From NCBI GenBank assembly GCA_012295275.1, contig CM022670.1, forward strand, positions 8,308,001 to 8,372,000: a stretch of DNA of 64,000 nt, in the 5' to 3' direction. The translations under genes were made by a program, and so were the position numbers. Every line of letters starts with the position of its first letter. The stretch's first letter is position 1. This DNA is from Chrysomallon squamiferum (lineage: Eukaryota; Animalia; Mollusca). Below are positions 42,529 to 57,174 of the stretch, piece after piece. The notes below the pieces were generated by a model that saw nothing but the letters and a program-made list of their open reading frames with translations, ran no database searches and was not told the origin of the DNA.

Positions 42529-44875
42529 TAATAATAATAATATTAATAATATAATAATAATAAATAAATAAATAATATGAACACAATAGCTTCTGTTAAT
42601 GACAATGCTTATTTTCAGAATGGTGAATTTTCGGATACAAAGAATAATAAAATGTATATTTGTAAAATAAGTAATACAAACAACTATATAAATAAACTAA
42701 CCAGCTAACCAACTGACTGACTAACTAACTAAACATATAAGATAAAACAAAATAAAAATATAATAATATTTGCAAACAAAAGGTTTTCTTGATATCTTGT
42801 CTTTGTGTCTAAAAACTTTTATCTTATTTTTCTTTCTGCTCATCAGAGTAAACTTTTATTATTTTTGCATACAATAAAATTATATATAACTGACTGAAAA
42901 TGAAATGATTTTTTTTTAAATACGTAAGTAAATGAATAAATAAATTTTATAAAATTATATATATATAATTTTATACACACACACATATATGTATACTTTC
43001 ATAAAGATATTACGAAAACATTTTTTATATTTAGTAATTTTGATAGCTATAGAATATATTTTTATTTTGTTTGTCAAAACATCATTCCTTTTTTTTTTTT
43101 TTTTTTTTTTTTTAAAGTCTTATTTTTACACGAGGTTTCGGTTATTAATTCAAACGCTCTTTCCCCAATTTTTCATCATTATCTTCTTCTTCTTCTTCTT
43201 CTTCTTTTTCTTCTTCATAATGATAATCATATCATCATCACATCCATCATCTACTTTTTCTTATTATTATTATTACTACAACTGCGGTGCAAGAAATCTA
43301 CCGTATATGCCGTTTTTCTGTTAACCTGTGAAAAGTGTGCAAGTAAGGGTTAAAAACCATGATATACAGTTTTCATTTAATCTAGTCTAATCTGAGTGAA
43401 AGATCAACAAATCCAGGTAGTTAATTTAGACATACAAACACACGCTGCAGTGTCACCCGAGTGACCTTTTAAACACTTTAATTTATCTCTGAATGACAGA
43501 AGTGCCACACCATAACACCTCAGATGTTTTCATCTTAGAAAATTCTCAAAAGTAAGACATTTTAACAAATTCTTCATAACAATTACTATGCTGTGGTTCC
43601 CTTTATTGGGCGAAATCCTCACCATGCTGTTTCCATAAATGTTTAAAAGTCGACGATATTATTTATTTTTTTTTTTTTTTTTTTTTTTTAAAACGATTAT
43701 CTTGCTGAAGCATTTGACATCAGAAGAGCTGAAATTCTATTGTCATATTTAATGTAAAAATTTTTTTACAGCAATTTCATACGTTAATTTTCAGCAATAG
43801 TTTGCATCTAATAAAATTATTATTATACGTTAGCCCGGTTTTGAATCATTCTTAAAGATTAACAAAGAATTTTTCACGTACGTGTCTTTTTCGCCAGTAA
43901 TGAAAGAACTAACGAAATGAGGTTGAAAAATACGGCATTATGTTGGAAATATCGATGAAATCCTGATTATAAATAATATAATTTGTCAACAGTTGCAAAA
44001 CCAGTACTCATAATTATTACTCAGTATTCGAGTTCATTAGTCTAAAGTTGGGACACGTTTTGTCTTACATGACAATCATTTGATTTGCTTTATCTTGGAA
44101 AATAATAGTTGCGTCTATTTTTTTTCTAAATTCATCCCATGTTTATATTACTGAATCACAAAAAATTATACCAAATATATTTTTTTTTTATAAAGTAATA
44201 ATATTACTTAAACTGCATGACAACCCTAAACTGACATTAATTATTCCTTTAACACATAATTATTATTTCATTTCTTATCTTATCGTTTTTGTATATGCAG
44301 AGAATCTTGCATATGAAAATAGTAACAAATACGACATATATTAATAAAATGTACAAATTTTTAATAATCCATTAACTATAACAATTCATATTAATATACT
44401 AACACTGTACATATTAAAACACAAACATATACTTATTAAATATAACCCCTATACAGCTCTGTAGTCAACCCGTTCACTCTATCAAATTATACACATTTAC
44501 GAGAGAACTAAAGCCAATTTACGTTTCTAAGAAAGACTGAAATGGACGAGATAGGAGACAAAGAAACACAAGCTGTAACACCTGTACCTACCTGCTAGAT
44601 CAAAGGTTTATTAATGAAGTGTGTTGAAAGTAAACTGTTTACCTGTATAGAGATGAGCTGATTTCCATTGTTCCGTGTACGCTCTGATTTCATTGTACGC
44701 TGTACGTATACTAATTATCTACGTAGATAACAAGCACAGCAGCTGGCATCTTCACCTAGCGTCTGGTGTATTTATAATTAGTACCATAGTGTCGTGGTTT
44801 TAACACAGGTAATTTACAAATCGCACACACTTGCGTTACCTTTTAAGTAAGTTAAATTCTATAAAGGACTGCTCT

Positions 44876-44925
44876 GTGAAAATTCATCAAAGACTTCGTC
44901 GTGAAAATTCATCAAAGACTTCGTC
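44876..44925. repeat. Perfect 25-bp tandem duplication
   Basis: gtgaaaattcatcaaagacttcgtc x2. Confidence 0.97.
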
Positions 44926-45003
44926 GTTAAAATCTAAAGAACAGCTTAGTGTTAAAACCCAAAAAAAAAAAAATAAAAAAAAATGTCTATAAAAAATTGT
45001 CTA

Positions 45004-45034
<31 letters not shown>

Positions 45035-45076
45035 TAATTTATTTATTTAATTATTTATTTATTTATTATTTACTTT

Positions 45077-45107
<31 letters not shown>

Positions 45108-45396
45108 ATTCATTTCCTTAATTAATTATTACTTTATATATATATATATATATAAAACTTCAGTTACTATTATTCTTTCAGAGGCCTCCCCAGATTAATT
45201 AAGACAACCATAATGATTTTTTTTTTCTAAATCATATTTACTGCGGGTACTTTTTTTTTCAATCTCGGTAATTCTTAAATCGATAATACTTTTGCTTCTT
45301 TTGTTTATTCATGAACTCGCGGATTATGAAATAAAACCGCTTTTGTGACCTGATTTATTAATATTAGTTTATCTAAAGTTAATTCGTGATAAAATT

Positions 45397-45620
45397 CAGT
45401 GGCGGATCTGGTATTATATTAAGAGAGAAGTAGGACAGTCCTGTCATAAACAGTTTTTAATTCAGCTTGTGATAGGATGGTACCTAAATTCAGCTTATTC
45501 TCAGAAGGATAGGTGTTTTGGGTTTTTTTTTTTTTTTTTTTTTTTTTAAACATTCTTAATACCTACCATAATCGTCTTCAGAGAACTGTCCCTGATTATT
45601 TATAACATGTATCTGTGTAT
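45397..45620. mobile_element. Degenerate CAGTGGCGGATCT-type MITE
   Basis: Left end is identical over 13 nt to the element at 62581; internal inverted ggacagt/actgtcc; right terminus eroded. Confidence 0.4.
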
Positions 45621-45860
45621 CATAACATCTTGATGTCGGTCCAGTAGTGTCACATTGTTGTTAGTAGACAAACATAGATCAAAGTCAGATTGTCAGTATC
45701 AGCATTTCATCATACGTCTTACGTTAAGTACGGTTTAATCAGTTGTAGATTTTCTTACTGATAACATGGACGAGTTCGCGGGTCTACAAACAGCAATCAA
45801 TCAATGAACCAGCCGTCTGAGACGAAGAGAAACAGAAAAGACACAAAGAGACACACTCAC

Positions 45861-45965
<105 letters not shown>

Positions 45966-46831
45966 AAGGAAAGCTTAAAAATTAGCAATGAAATAAAAGA
46001 ATGTATAAACATACATAACAACAGCAGCAGCAGCAGCAGCAGCAACAGCAATAAAACAAATTAGGTCAAATTTAAGACAAAAACCAAGAAAATAATAAAT
46101 AAGTAAATATATATATATTATTATTATTATTATTATTATTGTTATTATTATTATTTAAAATAATCAAAACACTGATGAATCAACTGTCATCAGTTTTGAC
46201 GGACAACAAACCAGCAGAATTAAAAATGGCGTCAGAGTCAGAATCGTACGTAACATCTGAAAGTCTCGAGTGACTTCGCTGACTCGCGAGACCGCCAGTC
46301 TGTCCTGTCTTTTGTAAACCTCGTGTAAACCACTTTGATTGCAATCGAGAATCTGCCGAAGGTGTGGAGGTGTAGGTTATTAAGTGTCAAGTAAGTGAAA
46401 ATTGAAAATGTCGTATCTTCTTGACAAGTGACAGAACTTGGCTGATGGGGGCGCTTTAACGCTAGACTGGTAATAGCTATTCGCGGAGTAGAGACAGAGA
46501 GAGGTGCACGCAGAGAGTTGTAGTTTCTGAACAGTGGGTCGTGGAAAAATTCTTCCTTGTTACTTGCCTGATTTGGAACAGGTTCAGTCATCTAACACGT
46601 TGTAGAGATTAAAACAATAAATAAAAAAATTAAAATAAAATAAATAAATAAATAAAAATATCATTAAAAAAAAGAGTACAGTACTGAAATCTTCATTCGA
46701 TAGTTTGTTTTAATTCACAAAAAAAAAAAAAAAAAAAATAAATAAATAAATAAATAAAATAAAATAATGAATTTTTAATAAATTCTTACTATATGCCCGG
46801 TAATTTAGAACATACTTTCCCTTTTATATTT

Positions 46832-46936
<105 letters not shown>

Positions 46937-48949
46937 ATATAATTATATATATAGATTTTAGTGCATAAAAATTACATATACACTGTAAAATAATTTATAT
47001 ATAGCCCTTACGTAACATAACACTGATTGTTTTTTTAATTCTTTACCGGTTTCGTTGAATGAAACTGATATTATTACAGTGGCTGCTTTGTTAACAGTTA
47101 AAGATCACAATGGTTCAGTTAGCTGTTATAATGAATATCTCTGTCTCTGAGTAAATATTGAAGAAAAACAAGACATTGACGAAATATTGACTTGTCAGTT
47201 AGACTGAGTACACATGTGGTTACCTTGTGCATAATAGACATTCTTGTGGGCGGCTATAAGGTACAGCCATTGTTTTTTATGGGGTCCCCCCTCCTTTTAG
47301 TGTGAGGGCGTCTCTAAGGGTCATTAAACAAAAGGAAGATACCTTGACGTAACAACACGAGTGTGTATAAAAATAGAACAGAGTAAGAAGTGAAAGGAAA
47401 TGAGATAATTGTTATTTCAGGTTAAAGGAAAAAGCATTAAATGAATAAAGATATCAGAAGATATATATAAGTAATAATTAATTAAATAAATGAAATAATA
47501 ATAATAATAACAACAACAACAACAACAACAACAACAATAACAATAAAACAACACAACAACGATTGCAACAATACGTCGTATACCCAGTTAATTATCAGGA
47601 TCTGTAAACACATTATCACAGTACAAAGAGTTAAGGAAAAGTCTGAGTAACACTGTTAACTAAATGAAAGTTTTATATGGAGATTTTAGTGAGAAAACCA
47701 ATTCTAATCAAAATGATAAAAACGTCTGTCATTAAGATTAAAGTAACATCACAATTTAAAATTATTAAAAGACGATATCCTGGTTAAATAAAAGTTGACA
47801 CACATCAGTAATCGTTTTAATTACAATTAATTGAGAAACTAAAATTAATTAAATGAACAACAAACAAAACAAAAGAGCTATTTTAATTACAGTGAAGTGA
47901 AAATCCCCATTTTAATTTTAATAACACAGGCAGCTTCAAATATGATGATACAAAAGGTTCAAAACCGAAATGTTTTCGTTTCCACGTTATACGAACTCAG
48001 TATTACAACAAAAACAAGTTCAATACGCAAAGATTAGTAAAGATACCAACATCTCCATAATTGAGACAGATAAATCCGTTAGTTGACGACAAAACAAATA
48101 CACGAAAATTAATATTGGCCAGTGAAATAAAGCCAGGATTAGAAAGAAGCTGGTTTTATCAGTGATATCGTGTGCGCTTTGTCTTTGCATTTCAACAAGA
48201 ATCTCGTCCTATCTGCTACTTGTCTCTTACGATCCTTGCAGTCTTAACATAGTTTTGTTTCACTGTATCCCACTGTGAATTGTTCTCAAATTCCAGTTTT
48301 TATTCAGTGTTGTCAAGTACTCTCTTTTTAACATATATGTGAAGTACAAACGAATTTACGTTATTTTTATTTTTTATTTTTTTTTATTTTTTGGTACATT
48401 TTAGATGATTTATTGTGCATGTTTTAAAATTAGTTTATAATGTCTCTGACAGTTATGAAATATTTTGTGAAATATGTTAGTGTTTATAAAAATTAAATAA
48501 TGTTTTAAACAATTTTGGAAATTCTCAATTTTTTTCTTTTATGTCATTACTTGAGTATAGATCAGAGAGGCATGCATGTATGTTGAAACACATAAATGTT
48601 CTTTTGGTTTTATAAAAACGAATATATTTTCCAAAGAAAACAAAATTTGTTTCTTTTAAAAAAACAATCCTTTTTCCTTAATTAATGATTTTTTATTTTT
48701 AGATTAAACTACAGAACTAAAATAGATAAATATTATTTAGTCAGAAATAACAATCGAATTATCAAATTAATTCAAAATGCGTTTATTTAGACAATAATTT
48801 TGCAGAAGCAGGGTGGAAATGCTACAAAATGAAATAATAATAATGAAAACAAAAAATCAAATCAAAAGAGAAAAGAAATAATAGAAACAAAATGAAAATG
48901 AACAATGCAGGAAAGGTGTGTATAACGGTATTAACATGATCAATCAAAC

Positions 48950-49687
48950 TCCTTGATTAGGCCGCGCATGTCCATCACCGTATCATATCAACGGATCTGT
49001 TTCATCCCTCCACTGAATGACTTGTTTGAATCGGGTAATGGGCTGGACAGATTGTCCACTCTGCTGGACACTGGTCATCCTGCAGCGCCAGGCTCTCTCG
49101 GACGAGAACTCGAGAGATGACCAGCGAAGCGTCGCCATTCTGCATCCAATATTAAATTGAAAATATTGAATATCAGATCATCTTGTGCTTGTTAAGTCCT
49201 CGCCGGTAATTAGATGTTACGGTCTGCCTCCGCGAAAAATGGTCAAGGTGGATTTGTTCTATTTGAACATCAGCCACGACGCTGACAGCGACCACTGAGC
49301 CCTGTCGACAACAACGGGCCTGCCACTCCGGGGGTCGTTTTCACATCTGCCTTCAGGGGGTTTGTATACAAACAAGTCGGTATCCCCGCGGGACAAGGCC
49401 TCGGCACAAAAGCGTCATCTCATTGGCCTGTTTACAATGTGATTCAGTCCTCTCTTCAGTCGTCGAAGCTTTCATTATGAAGCGAAAGAAAGCGAGCAGT
49501 GATCCGAAATGATTTTCATGTTTCAGAGTTCACTAGACTTGTTTGTTGGGCGGACCTTGTAGTTGTTGCTCCTGTTGACAAACTTTCTTAAGTGGCTCGG
49601 GTTTGCCTTGTACACCTTTGTGTAGAATTTGCAAACAATAATTTGGGTTTCTTTGCAAGGTGTCCTTAATTACCTTGTTCTGATCAT
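48950..49687 (-). ncRNA. Candidate non-coding exon (minus strand)
   Basis: Strong acceptor tctctccttccag| at 49688-49689 opens a GC-richer island with no long ORF. An alternative donor AAG|GTAATT would give a 14-nt microexon 49674-49687. The lower boundary is approximate. Confidence 0.35.
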
Positions 49688-50123
49688 CTGGAAGGAGAGA
49701 TTTATAAAAGACTGTATGATTATTTGATGAACTATTTTTTTTTTTTTTTTTTTGTATCTATAAAGAAGTACTTCAGTTCCAAATAGAATTGTGAAGATTG
49801 TATTTCCACTCAAAACCTGTCAGCATTTTGACACGTTAAACTAGTTTATGAATATATATTAAATAACTGCACATAGGACGTGTCAAGATGTTTTAAGGTT
49901 TTTTTTATTTTTTTATCTTATCTCTCTCTCTCTGTCTGTCTGTCTTTCCTTTCGTCCTTTCATATGTTTGTCTGTTACTCATTCTCGTTTCGTCTCTCTG
50001 AACATATAAAATTTTAAAAATATTTTCTTAATATGTTACAAATATTACAACAATCTTAACACCACAACACAACTATTATAATAATTACTACACAGTTCAA
50101 CAATAACGACAAAAATACATGCA

Positions 50124-50186
<63 letters not shown>

Positions 50187-50847
50187 GCTACTACTATTAC
50201 TACTGTAACTAATATTAATACTGTTATTACTACTAGAACTGCTACTAATATTACTACTAGTTGTAATCTGCTGTTACATATATGCCTCTATAGTTTTGCA
50301 TAGAATAAAATATTTAACGATACTTCATCAAAATTATGACGAGACACACAATTCTTTAAATATTAATTATTTATAAATCTATACTCATTAAGCCACATTA
50401 CACATTATCAGAAATGTAGTCATTAACCAGACACCATAAAAAATACATAACTATATATTTCTAATCAGATATTTAATTACAGTTATAATTTTCTTAATGC
50501 AGTTTTGTGTAATATTTCAAGAGCTATTACTATTATTATTATTATTACATGGGTACTTTAAATAAAAAAAGTAATATCTGTTTTCAACGTTTTCATTTTG
50601 TTATGCTGAAATGTCCAATAAGTTTAAAGGTATCTCTTGAATTACATTTCATAACATTTCATTGTTTTCGGTTTTTAAGTCATTTTTTTTTTTTTTAATA
50701 TAGTGTTTCTGTTTTGTTACTACTTTTTTCTTTCTTTTCTTTTCATTTTAAATTTTAAATTCAGAATAAACGTGTGTGTGTGTGTGTGTGTGTGCGTTGA
50801 AGTATGATCGATATATATTTAAAAAAATCCAGTATAGTTAATAATAA

Positions 50848-51245
50848 AATCTCACAAACACGTTAAATATATTTTTTTCATTTTCATTTTTCTTTTCTTT
50901 TTTTTTCTTTCTATATTTTTGTATTGTAAAAGACCTGCATATATTTTTTCTATATTAAAATTTTTAAAAATAGATTATACATTTTAAATTATTTTATTTA
51001 TTGTCTATTTATTTTTGTTATTTTTGGAGGGGGGGCGGAGGGAGGGGGTTTGTTTTTTTTGGTTGATTTTATTCGTATAAGACCTACATACATTTTCTTC
51101 TCTATTCAAAATAAACTACGTTAATTTTAGTATTAAATCTCAAACAGGATTATAAATCTTTTATTCACTGCACTTCATTTTCTTCTCATTTTATTTATTT
51201 TTTTTTTTTTTTCTTGTAAAAGACCCACATATCTACTTTCATTCT
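50848..51245. repeat. Diverged ~145-bp periodic repeat
   Basis: gtaWaagaccYRcata recurs at ~50927, ~51075 and ~51217; aaatctca recurs at 50847 and 51136. Confidence 0.6.
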
Positions 51246-51289
51246 CACAAAGGCGGTGACCTAAATGAAAACACTCTTAATAAAATTAC

Positions 51290-51650
51290 CTCGGGGGTGT
51301 TTGGAAAAAAAAGCGCGTCGCTTTTGAAGGAACGCATTATTCCATTTACAAAAGTTAAATTTTCCGATCTTATCAGATTTCGCTTTCTGTCAAAGTAGTT
51401 CTAAGATTGTCAGTCAATTTACGGGTAGTATTCGGGTGCGATACCCTGGGGCCAGGCGCGGGCTGTACTTAGGAGCGGTTTGACCATCGCCGATTACTTC
51501 GTTTCGGTATTCGAGTGGCTTTTGTAAAAAATTGTTTTCCTGCGCGATCTTGTGTCAAGTGTTAAATGGAAAAGAGACAAAAACAGGGTCGTGGTTAAGG
51601 TTTCAATCACTGTCATTTGCAGTCCATTTTGTACTCATAAAAAAACGTAA
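51290..51650 (-). ncRNA. Candidate internal non-coding exon (minus strand)
   Basis: Acceptor cttccctctccttctgaacacag| (AG at 51651-51652) and donor GAG|GTAATT (GT at 51288-51289) bracket a CpG-rich island with no long ORF. Confidence 0.4.
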
Positions 51651-51962
51651 CTGTGTTCAGAAGGAGAGGGAAGTTTCTTTTACAGGGTTATATGTAATTT
51701 GTGATATAGCCAAAAAATTAAAATAATAATAATAATAATAAAAAGTAATAATAATAATAAATATAGAGGTAAAATGAAAATAAAAATAAAAAAGGACAAT
51801 AGTTGTTAAAATGTTAATAAACGAAGGTGAAAATAAAAATAAGGATTTTCGTTTAATTTCACCATTGCTGTTAGAAAGGTCAAAGAGATTTTAATTAAGA
51901 AGAGAGAGAGGGTAATTTTATAGTAAATTAATATTTTAAAATTAGTGGAATTTTTAAGTATT

Positions 51963-52035
51963 ATTTCCATCAGAATTAAATAAAATTTAAAACAGTTAAT
52001 TTCCATCAGAATTAAATAAAATTAAAACAGTTAAT
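51963..52035. repeat. 36-bp tandem duplication
   Basis: atttccatcagaattaaataaaatt(t)aaaacagtta x2. Confidence 0.9.
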
Positions 52036-53039
52036 GCAAATTAAAAATGTAATAAAAGGAAAATGAGATACAAATTTAATAAAATGAAATAAAATAACAA
52101 TTAAAATAAATAAAACACTTTTTTAAGGATTTCAACACCATTATTTGGTGACCAAGGACATTTTATAACATGAAATGATAATATAAACAAAAATAACAAT
52201 AACAGTGACAACATCACCAATAATAAAATGACGACAACAACAGCGACAATATCAACATCAACAACACCAAAACCAACAGCATCACACCAACAATAACAAA
52301 TTAAAATGAAGTAAATGAAGCTAAATAAGAAATGAAGAAAAAAAATCAGACTGTAATAAATCAAAATTAAAACAAGAGAAATAAAGAGAATTAATTTAAA
52401 CAAAATAATAATTGTAATAAATGACAATAATATTAAGATGTTCAGTTCAGTATGTACTATATTCCCTTTGGAGTTAATAGTAATAATACTGTTCAAAACA
52501 GACCTGAAATTATATAAAATACTGAATTATCTTTCATCCAAAGATATCGTGAATGCATCTACAACAAAAGAAAAATGATATAATTTTTTCCGCACACTTA
52601 CAGTCACCTGTATGTAACATCACCAGTTGTCAATGATAAACCACGAAAATTTATCCTACGTTCATAATTTTTTATTAGCAGATTCCTCCAATCCTTTCTA
52701 CCACAGTCATTATAATACAAACATTTTATTCCACCTTTATCATCAACTTTCTCGGTCTGTATCTGTAGGATTCTGTAAAGGGCAAAAAAAAAAAAAAAAA
52801 ATAATAATAATAATAATAATAAAAATAATAATAATTAAATAAATAAAATAATAATAATAAATAAATAAAAAAAAAAAAAAAAATAATAATAATAAAAAAA
52901 AAATCGTAAATGAAAAAAAAAATAATAATAATAATAAAAAAACGACCCCACATTAATCATCGATATTCTCCTACCCTAATCGGTAAACCATCTTAGTTTA
53001 TATTCCACTTTCACTATCGACTTCCCCCAATCCTCAACC

Positions 53040-53240
53040 ACAAAAAACCGCCAGACAGCCAAACCAAACGAGCGAATGTTTTATTGGCTGGCGAGTTAGT
53101 AAATTCCTTGTGACAGGATGGAAAGGTACCCGAGTTTTCCTGTCTGACGCACGAGCCAATAGCTGGGAAGACCCGTATGACAACGTAGGTGGAAATACGG
53201 GTGTCGACTCAGGTGTACCCGAGACGGAACAGAGTGTCAG
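53040..53240. promoter_or_regulatory. Probable core promoter with two oppositely oriented CCAAT boxes
   Basis: ttATTGGctg (53083-53087), gagCCAATag (53156-53160), half-CRE TGACG (53145), Inr-like tcagct at 53237 about 80 bp downstream of the CCAAT; CpG-rich. Confidence 0.6.
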
Positions 53241-53337
53241 CTTCTTACATAGCTGAGTGAATTGTTTGATCGAGTGTTAACTGTTGTTTGTGTGTTACCG
53301 TTGGTTTTCTGATCCCGATGTAAGGTAGACAAACTGG
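53237..53337 (+). other. Candidate non-coding first exon of a plus-strand gene extending beyond the window
   Basis: Ends at consensus donor TGG|GTAAGT (53338-53343), followed by a GT/T-rich intron-like start. Confidence 0.5.
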
Positions 53338-53569
53338 GTAAGTGTTGACGATTTTCGAATTATTTGTTCCTCGCACGTTTCAATGTTTGTCGATTGTAAG
53401 CGTTTGTACTGAGGTTGTTTACGTGAAGACGATTTTGATCAGAATTTGATATGGTTTAATATAGCGCTGTCTGTTTTTATTTTGTAATTTTTGTTTATTC
53501 TGTTTTCATACTGTGTATGTTATTGTAAGAGCTATACACGTTTCTTTTCGGTGCATTTTTATTTACTAA

Positions 53570-53641
<72 letters not shown>

Positions 53642-54559
53642 TATATATAAACCTTTCAGTTTATACAGTTTATAATGTTTGTGAAATTGGTATTTATATT
53701 AATAATAGGATATCAACAACAACAATAATAATAATAAATAAATAAAATAAATATTATTATTAATGTTATTTCTAGTAAATACTACTACTAGTACTACTAA
53801 TACTACTAATAATAATGATAATAATAATGACGATGGTGATAATAATAATAATCATAATAAGAGCAATAACAACAGTGATTCTGCATAATTAATTAATTTA
53901 TTAATTTATTCTGTTATCCTTAGAAACAGCACAGAAATAAACATATATGAAAAAACAAATAACAATAAACAACAATAATATTAACATCCTAAAACGATAA
54001 ACACCAACATACATACTGAATTATTTTTATACCGCAGTGTTTACACAAACATCATAAAAAAACTTAAAAAAACTATTACTATGAAATATAACCACTGAAG
54101 TGTACGTAATGAAAAATAAATAGCTCTTGTTCCCAGTGGTGTAGAGATACATGTAAGTAAATACGTATGTTTTGTCTAAAGAAAATTGCAAAGGAATGCT
54201 ATTTTTCTGTCGGATTCTGATTCTGCTTTACTCATTTCATTCTGGTGTCGCTGTTGTGGTATTCGCTGAACGAGGCAATGTCGTGATATGAAACACTGAA
54301 CACGGGTAATGTGTACATTTACAACAAATGTTAATGCTCTGCTGTTAATACCGCAGAGTGGCTGTCAGTTTCAGTTTTTTCGGTTTTGTTTCATGGTGTC
54401 GTGGTTCACGTGTCTCGACACTTGTAACTGGGTATACATTTTCAATTTATTAGTTAGACTTATCCCCCCCCAAGGGGAAAAAAATAATAATAAAAAATAA
54501 TAAAATAAAATAAATAAATAAGACATCAAAATTAACAAGAAAACTCCTCTCTTAGACAC

Positions 54560-54615
<56 letters not shown>

Positions 54616-54616
54616 T

Positions 54617-56491
54617 GTTTAAAATAATGAGGTCTATTTTCATTTTTATTTTTATTATTTTTTTTTATTTATTTATTTATTTTTTTTTTTTTTTTTTTTT
54701 ATAGGCAACTAAAATGAAAATAAATCGGATATAACGTAATAAAATATTTAAAAAAGGAAGAACAGAAAAAATAAATAATAGAAACAGAAAAGAAAAAACA
54801 CAAAAATAATATTTATTTATTTATTCATTATACTTAGACACAAACACAAACACATTTATACGTGCATACATTCATACATACATACCTCCCCACAGACAAT
54901 AAAGAGAGAGGAAGTGTATATGTTAATGTACATAAAAGAAAAAAAAATACATACACATAGACACATACATACATACACACATTGAAACATGCATCCACAC
55001 CAAATATAATATAATTTAATACAATATAATATAATATAATATAATATAATATAATATAATATAATATAATATAATATAATATAATATAATATAATATAAT
55101 TTAATATAATATAATATAATATAATATAATATAATATAATATAATATAATATAATATAATATAATACAATACAATATAATATAATAAAATATAATATAAT
55201 TTTAAATAAAATACTATAAAAAATAATTATTATACATACACTTACTTGTTCCTCCTATATATCATTTACATACATACTCATACACGCTCATACTCCGGAC
55301 ACACCTACACATTCGCACACAAGATACATGACAAGAAACCTACTAGAGTTTAAACCGTACACTTAACCGTAAGACCTACTCAAGCGTTGTTCTGAATTAC
55401 TCGAAATTTACTGCAAAAGAGCTACTTAGTTTCAAGTATTCTTTCGTGTTTAAACACGATAAGAAAAATCTTGAGAAAATATTAAATACTGTACGTAATT
55501 TGGGGGTTGGAGTTGTTATCTAGAATAAATACAATAAAGAGATATGTAAATAATGATGTTAAATAGAATTATTAAAAAACTAGATTATAATGATGTAAAA
55601 TGAATTGAAAGAGAGTAAGTAAAATAGAATAGAAATATAATGAAAACAGTAAGATTTGATATAGAAATAGAATTAAAAGTAGAATAAGAATAAGAATAAA
55701 AATGAAAAAATAAAATAAAAATGGAATAAAAAAATAAATAAAATAAATAAAAAATTAAATGATTTAAAATAAAATAAAATAAAATAGAATTATTAAAACA
55801 CCAGAATATAATGATGTAAAATTAACTGAAACAGAATAAGTAAAATAGAATAAAAGTATAATAAAAACAGTAAGATTTGATATAGAAATAGAATTAAATG
55901 TAGAATAAGAATAAGAATAAAAATGAAAATGAAAAAAAAAAAAAAAAATAAAAAAAAAATAAAAATAAAAATGATAAAAATAAAAAATAAATAAATATAA
56001 AAACAAAAATAAAATAAAAATAGAATAAAAAAATAAAATAAAATAAATAAAAAATGAAATGATTTAAAATAAAATAAATAAAAAAATAAATAAATAAAAA
56101 TAAAATAGAACAAAAATAAAAAATTAAATATAAAATATAAATAAAAATAATATAAAAAATGGAATGATTTAACACAAAACAAAATAAAATAAAATGAAAT
56201 AAAATAAAATAATAAATATAAAATAAAATAAATAATAATAAAAAATAAATAAATAAATAATAATAATAAAAATAGAATAAAAATAGAATAAAAAAAATTA
56301 ATGACTTAAAATAAAATAAAATAAAATAATAAATAAATAAATAAATAAATAAATAACATAAAATAAAATACATAACATAAATATTATTTTTGTGTTGTTT
56401 TCTTTTTTGTTTCTATTATTTATTTTTTCTGTTCTTCCCTTTTTTAAATATTTTATTACGTTATATCCGATTTATTTTCATTTTAGTTACC

Positions 56492-56522
<31 letters not shown>

Positions 56523-56545
56523 TAAAAATAAATATAAATATAAAT

Positions 56546-56577
<32 letters not shown>

Positions 56578-56603
56578 TAAAAAGAAACCTCAGTATTTTA
56601 AAC
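54617..56603. repeat. Long inverted repeat (~200-bp arms, ~1.55-kb spacer)
   Basis: 54617-54815 is the reverse complement of 56377-56603, including taggYaactaaaatgaaaataaatcggatataacgtaataaaatatttaaaaaagg and outer gtttaaaataMtgaggt. Confidence 0.93.
55562..56070. repeat. ~220-bp A-rich tandem duplication inside the inverted repeat
   Basis: aatagaattattaaaa...aaaacagtaagatttgatatagaaatagaattaaa at ~55562 and ~55783. Confidence 0.85.
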
Positions 56604-57139
56604 GTTATCAACGGTTCCGTATGAATTGCTACCCTTAACCTTCATAATTCGAATTAGACACACAAATAAATGAAGACACACAACGAGTAAGTAAATTGTT
56701 TTGTTAAGATATTTTACACATGACTACATTATAGTGCTGAAATAAATTAGTTTTGCAATTGACACGTTTAAGCCCTTCTTTTGTAGTTTCGTATGTTTGA
56801 ATATACTGGCATATTTTACTAAGGTTTGTCTATGGATTCGTTCAGGCAGCAATATTTAAGCATTCATTTACTTATGTCTGTACTAATAATTATTTTAATA
56901 CATTAAGAATTTGTGACATTTTGAAGAAAGCTGGTAAAAAGGTTTTAGATAATACAAAATAGAAATCTTTTGTGTTCGTTTTTTTTTTTTTTACAAAAAT
57001 GAAATAAATCTAGGGCGGATATGTATATTTAGATAATGTAAATAATAAATGCAGTGATATCTTGATAATGATGATGATGGTGGTGATAGTCCAAAACAAT
57101 TACTTGATAATAAATAAAATTTTAATTATGTTGATAATG

Positions 57140-57174
<35 letters not shown>

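Noticed and set aside
46164-46199. Hairpin containing TGATGA (box C-like)
   Set aside because: Too short for a C/D snoRNA or pre-miRNA; no separate box D/guide layout.
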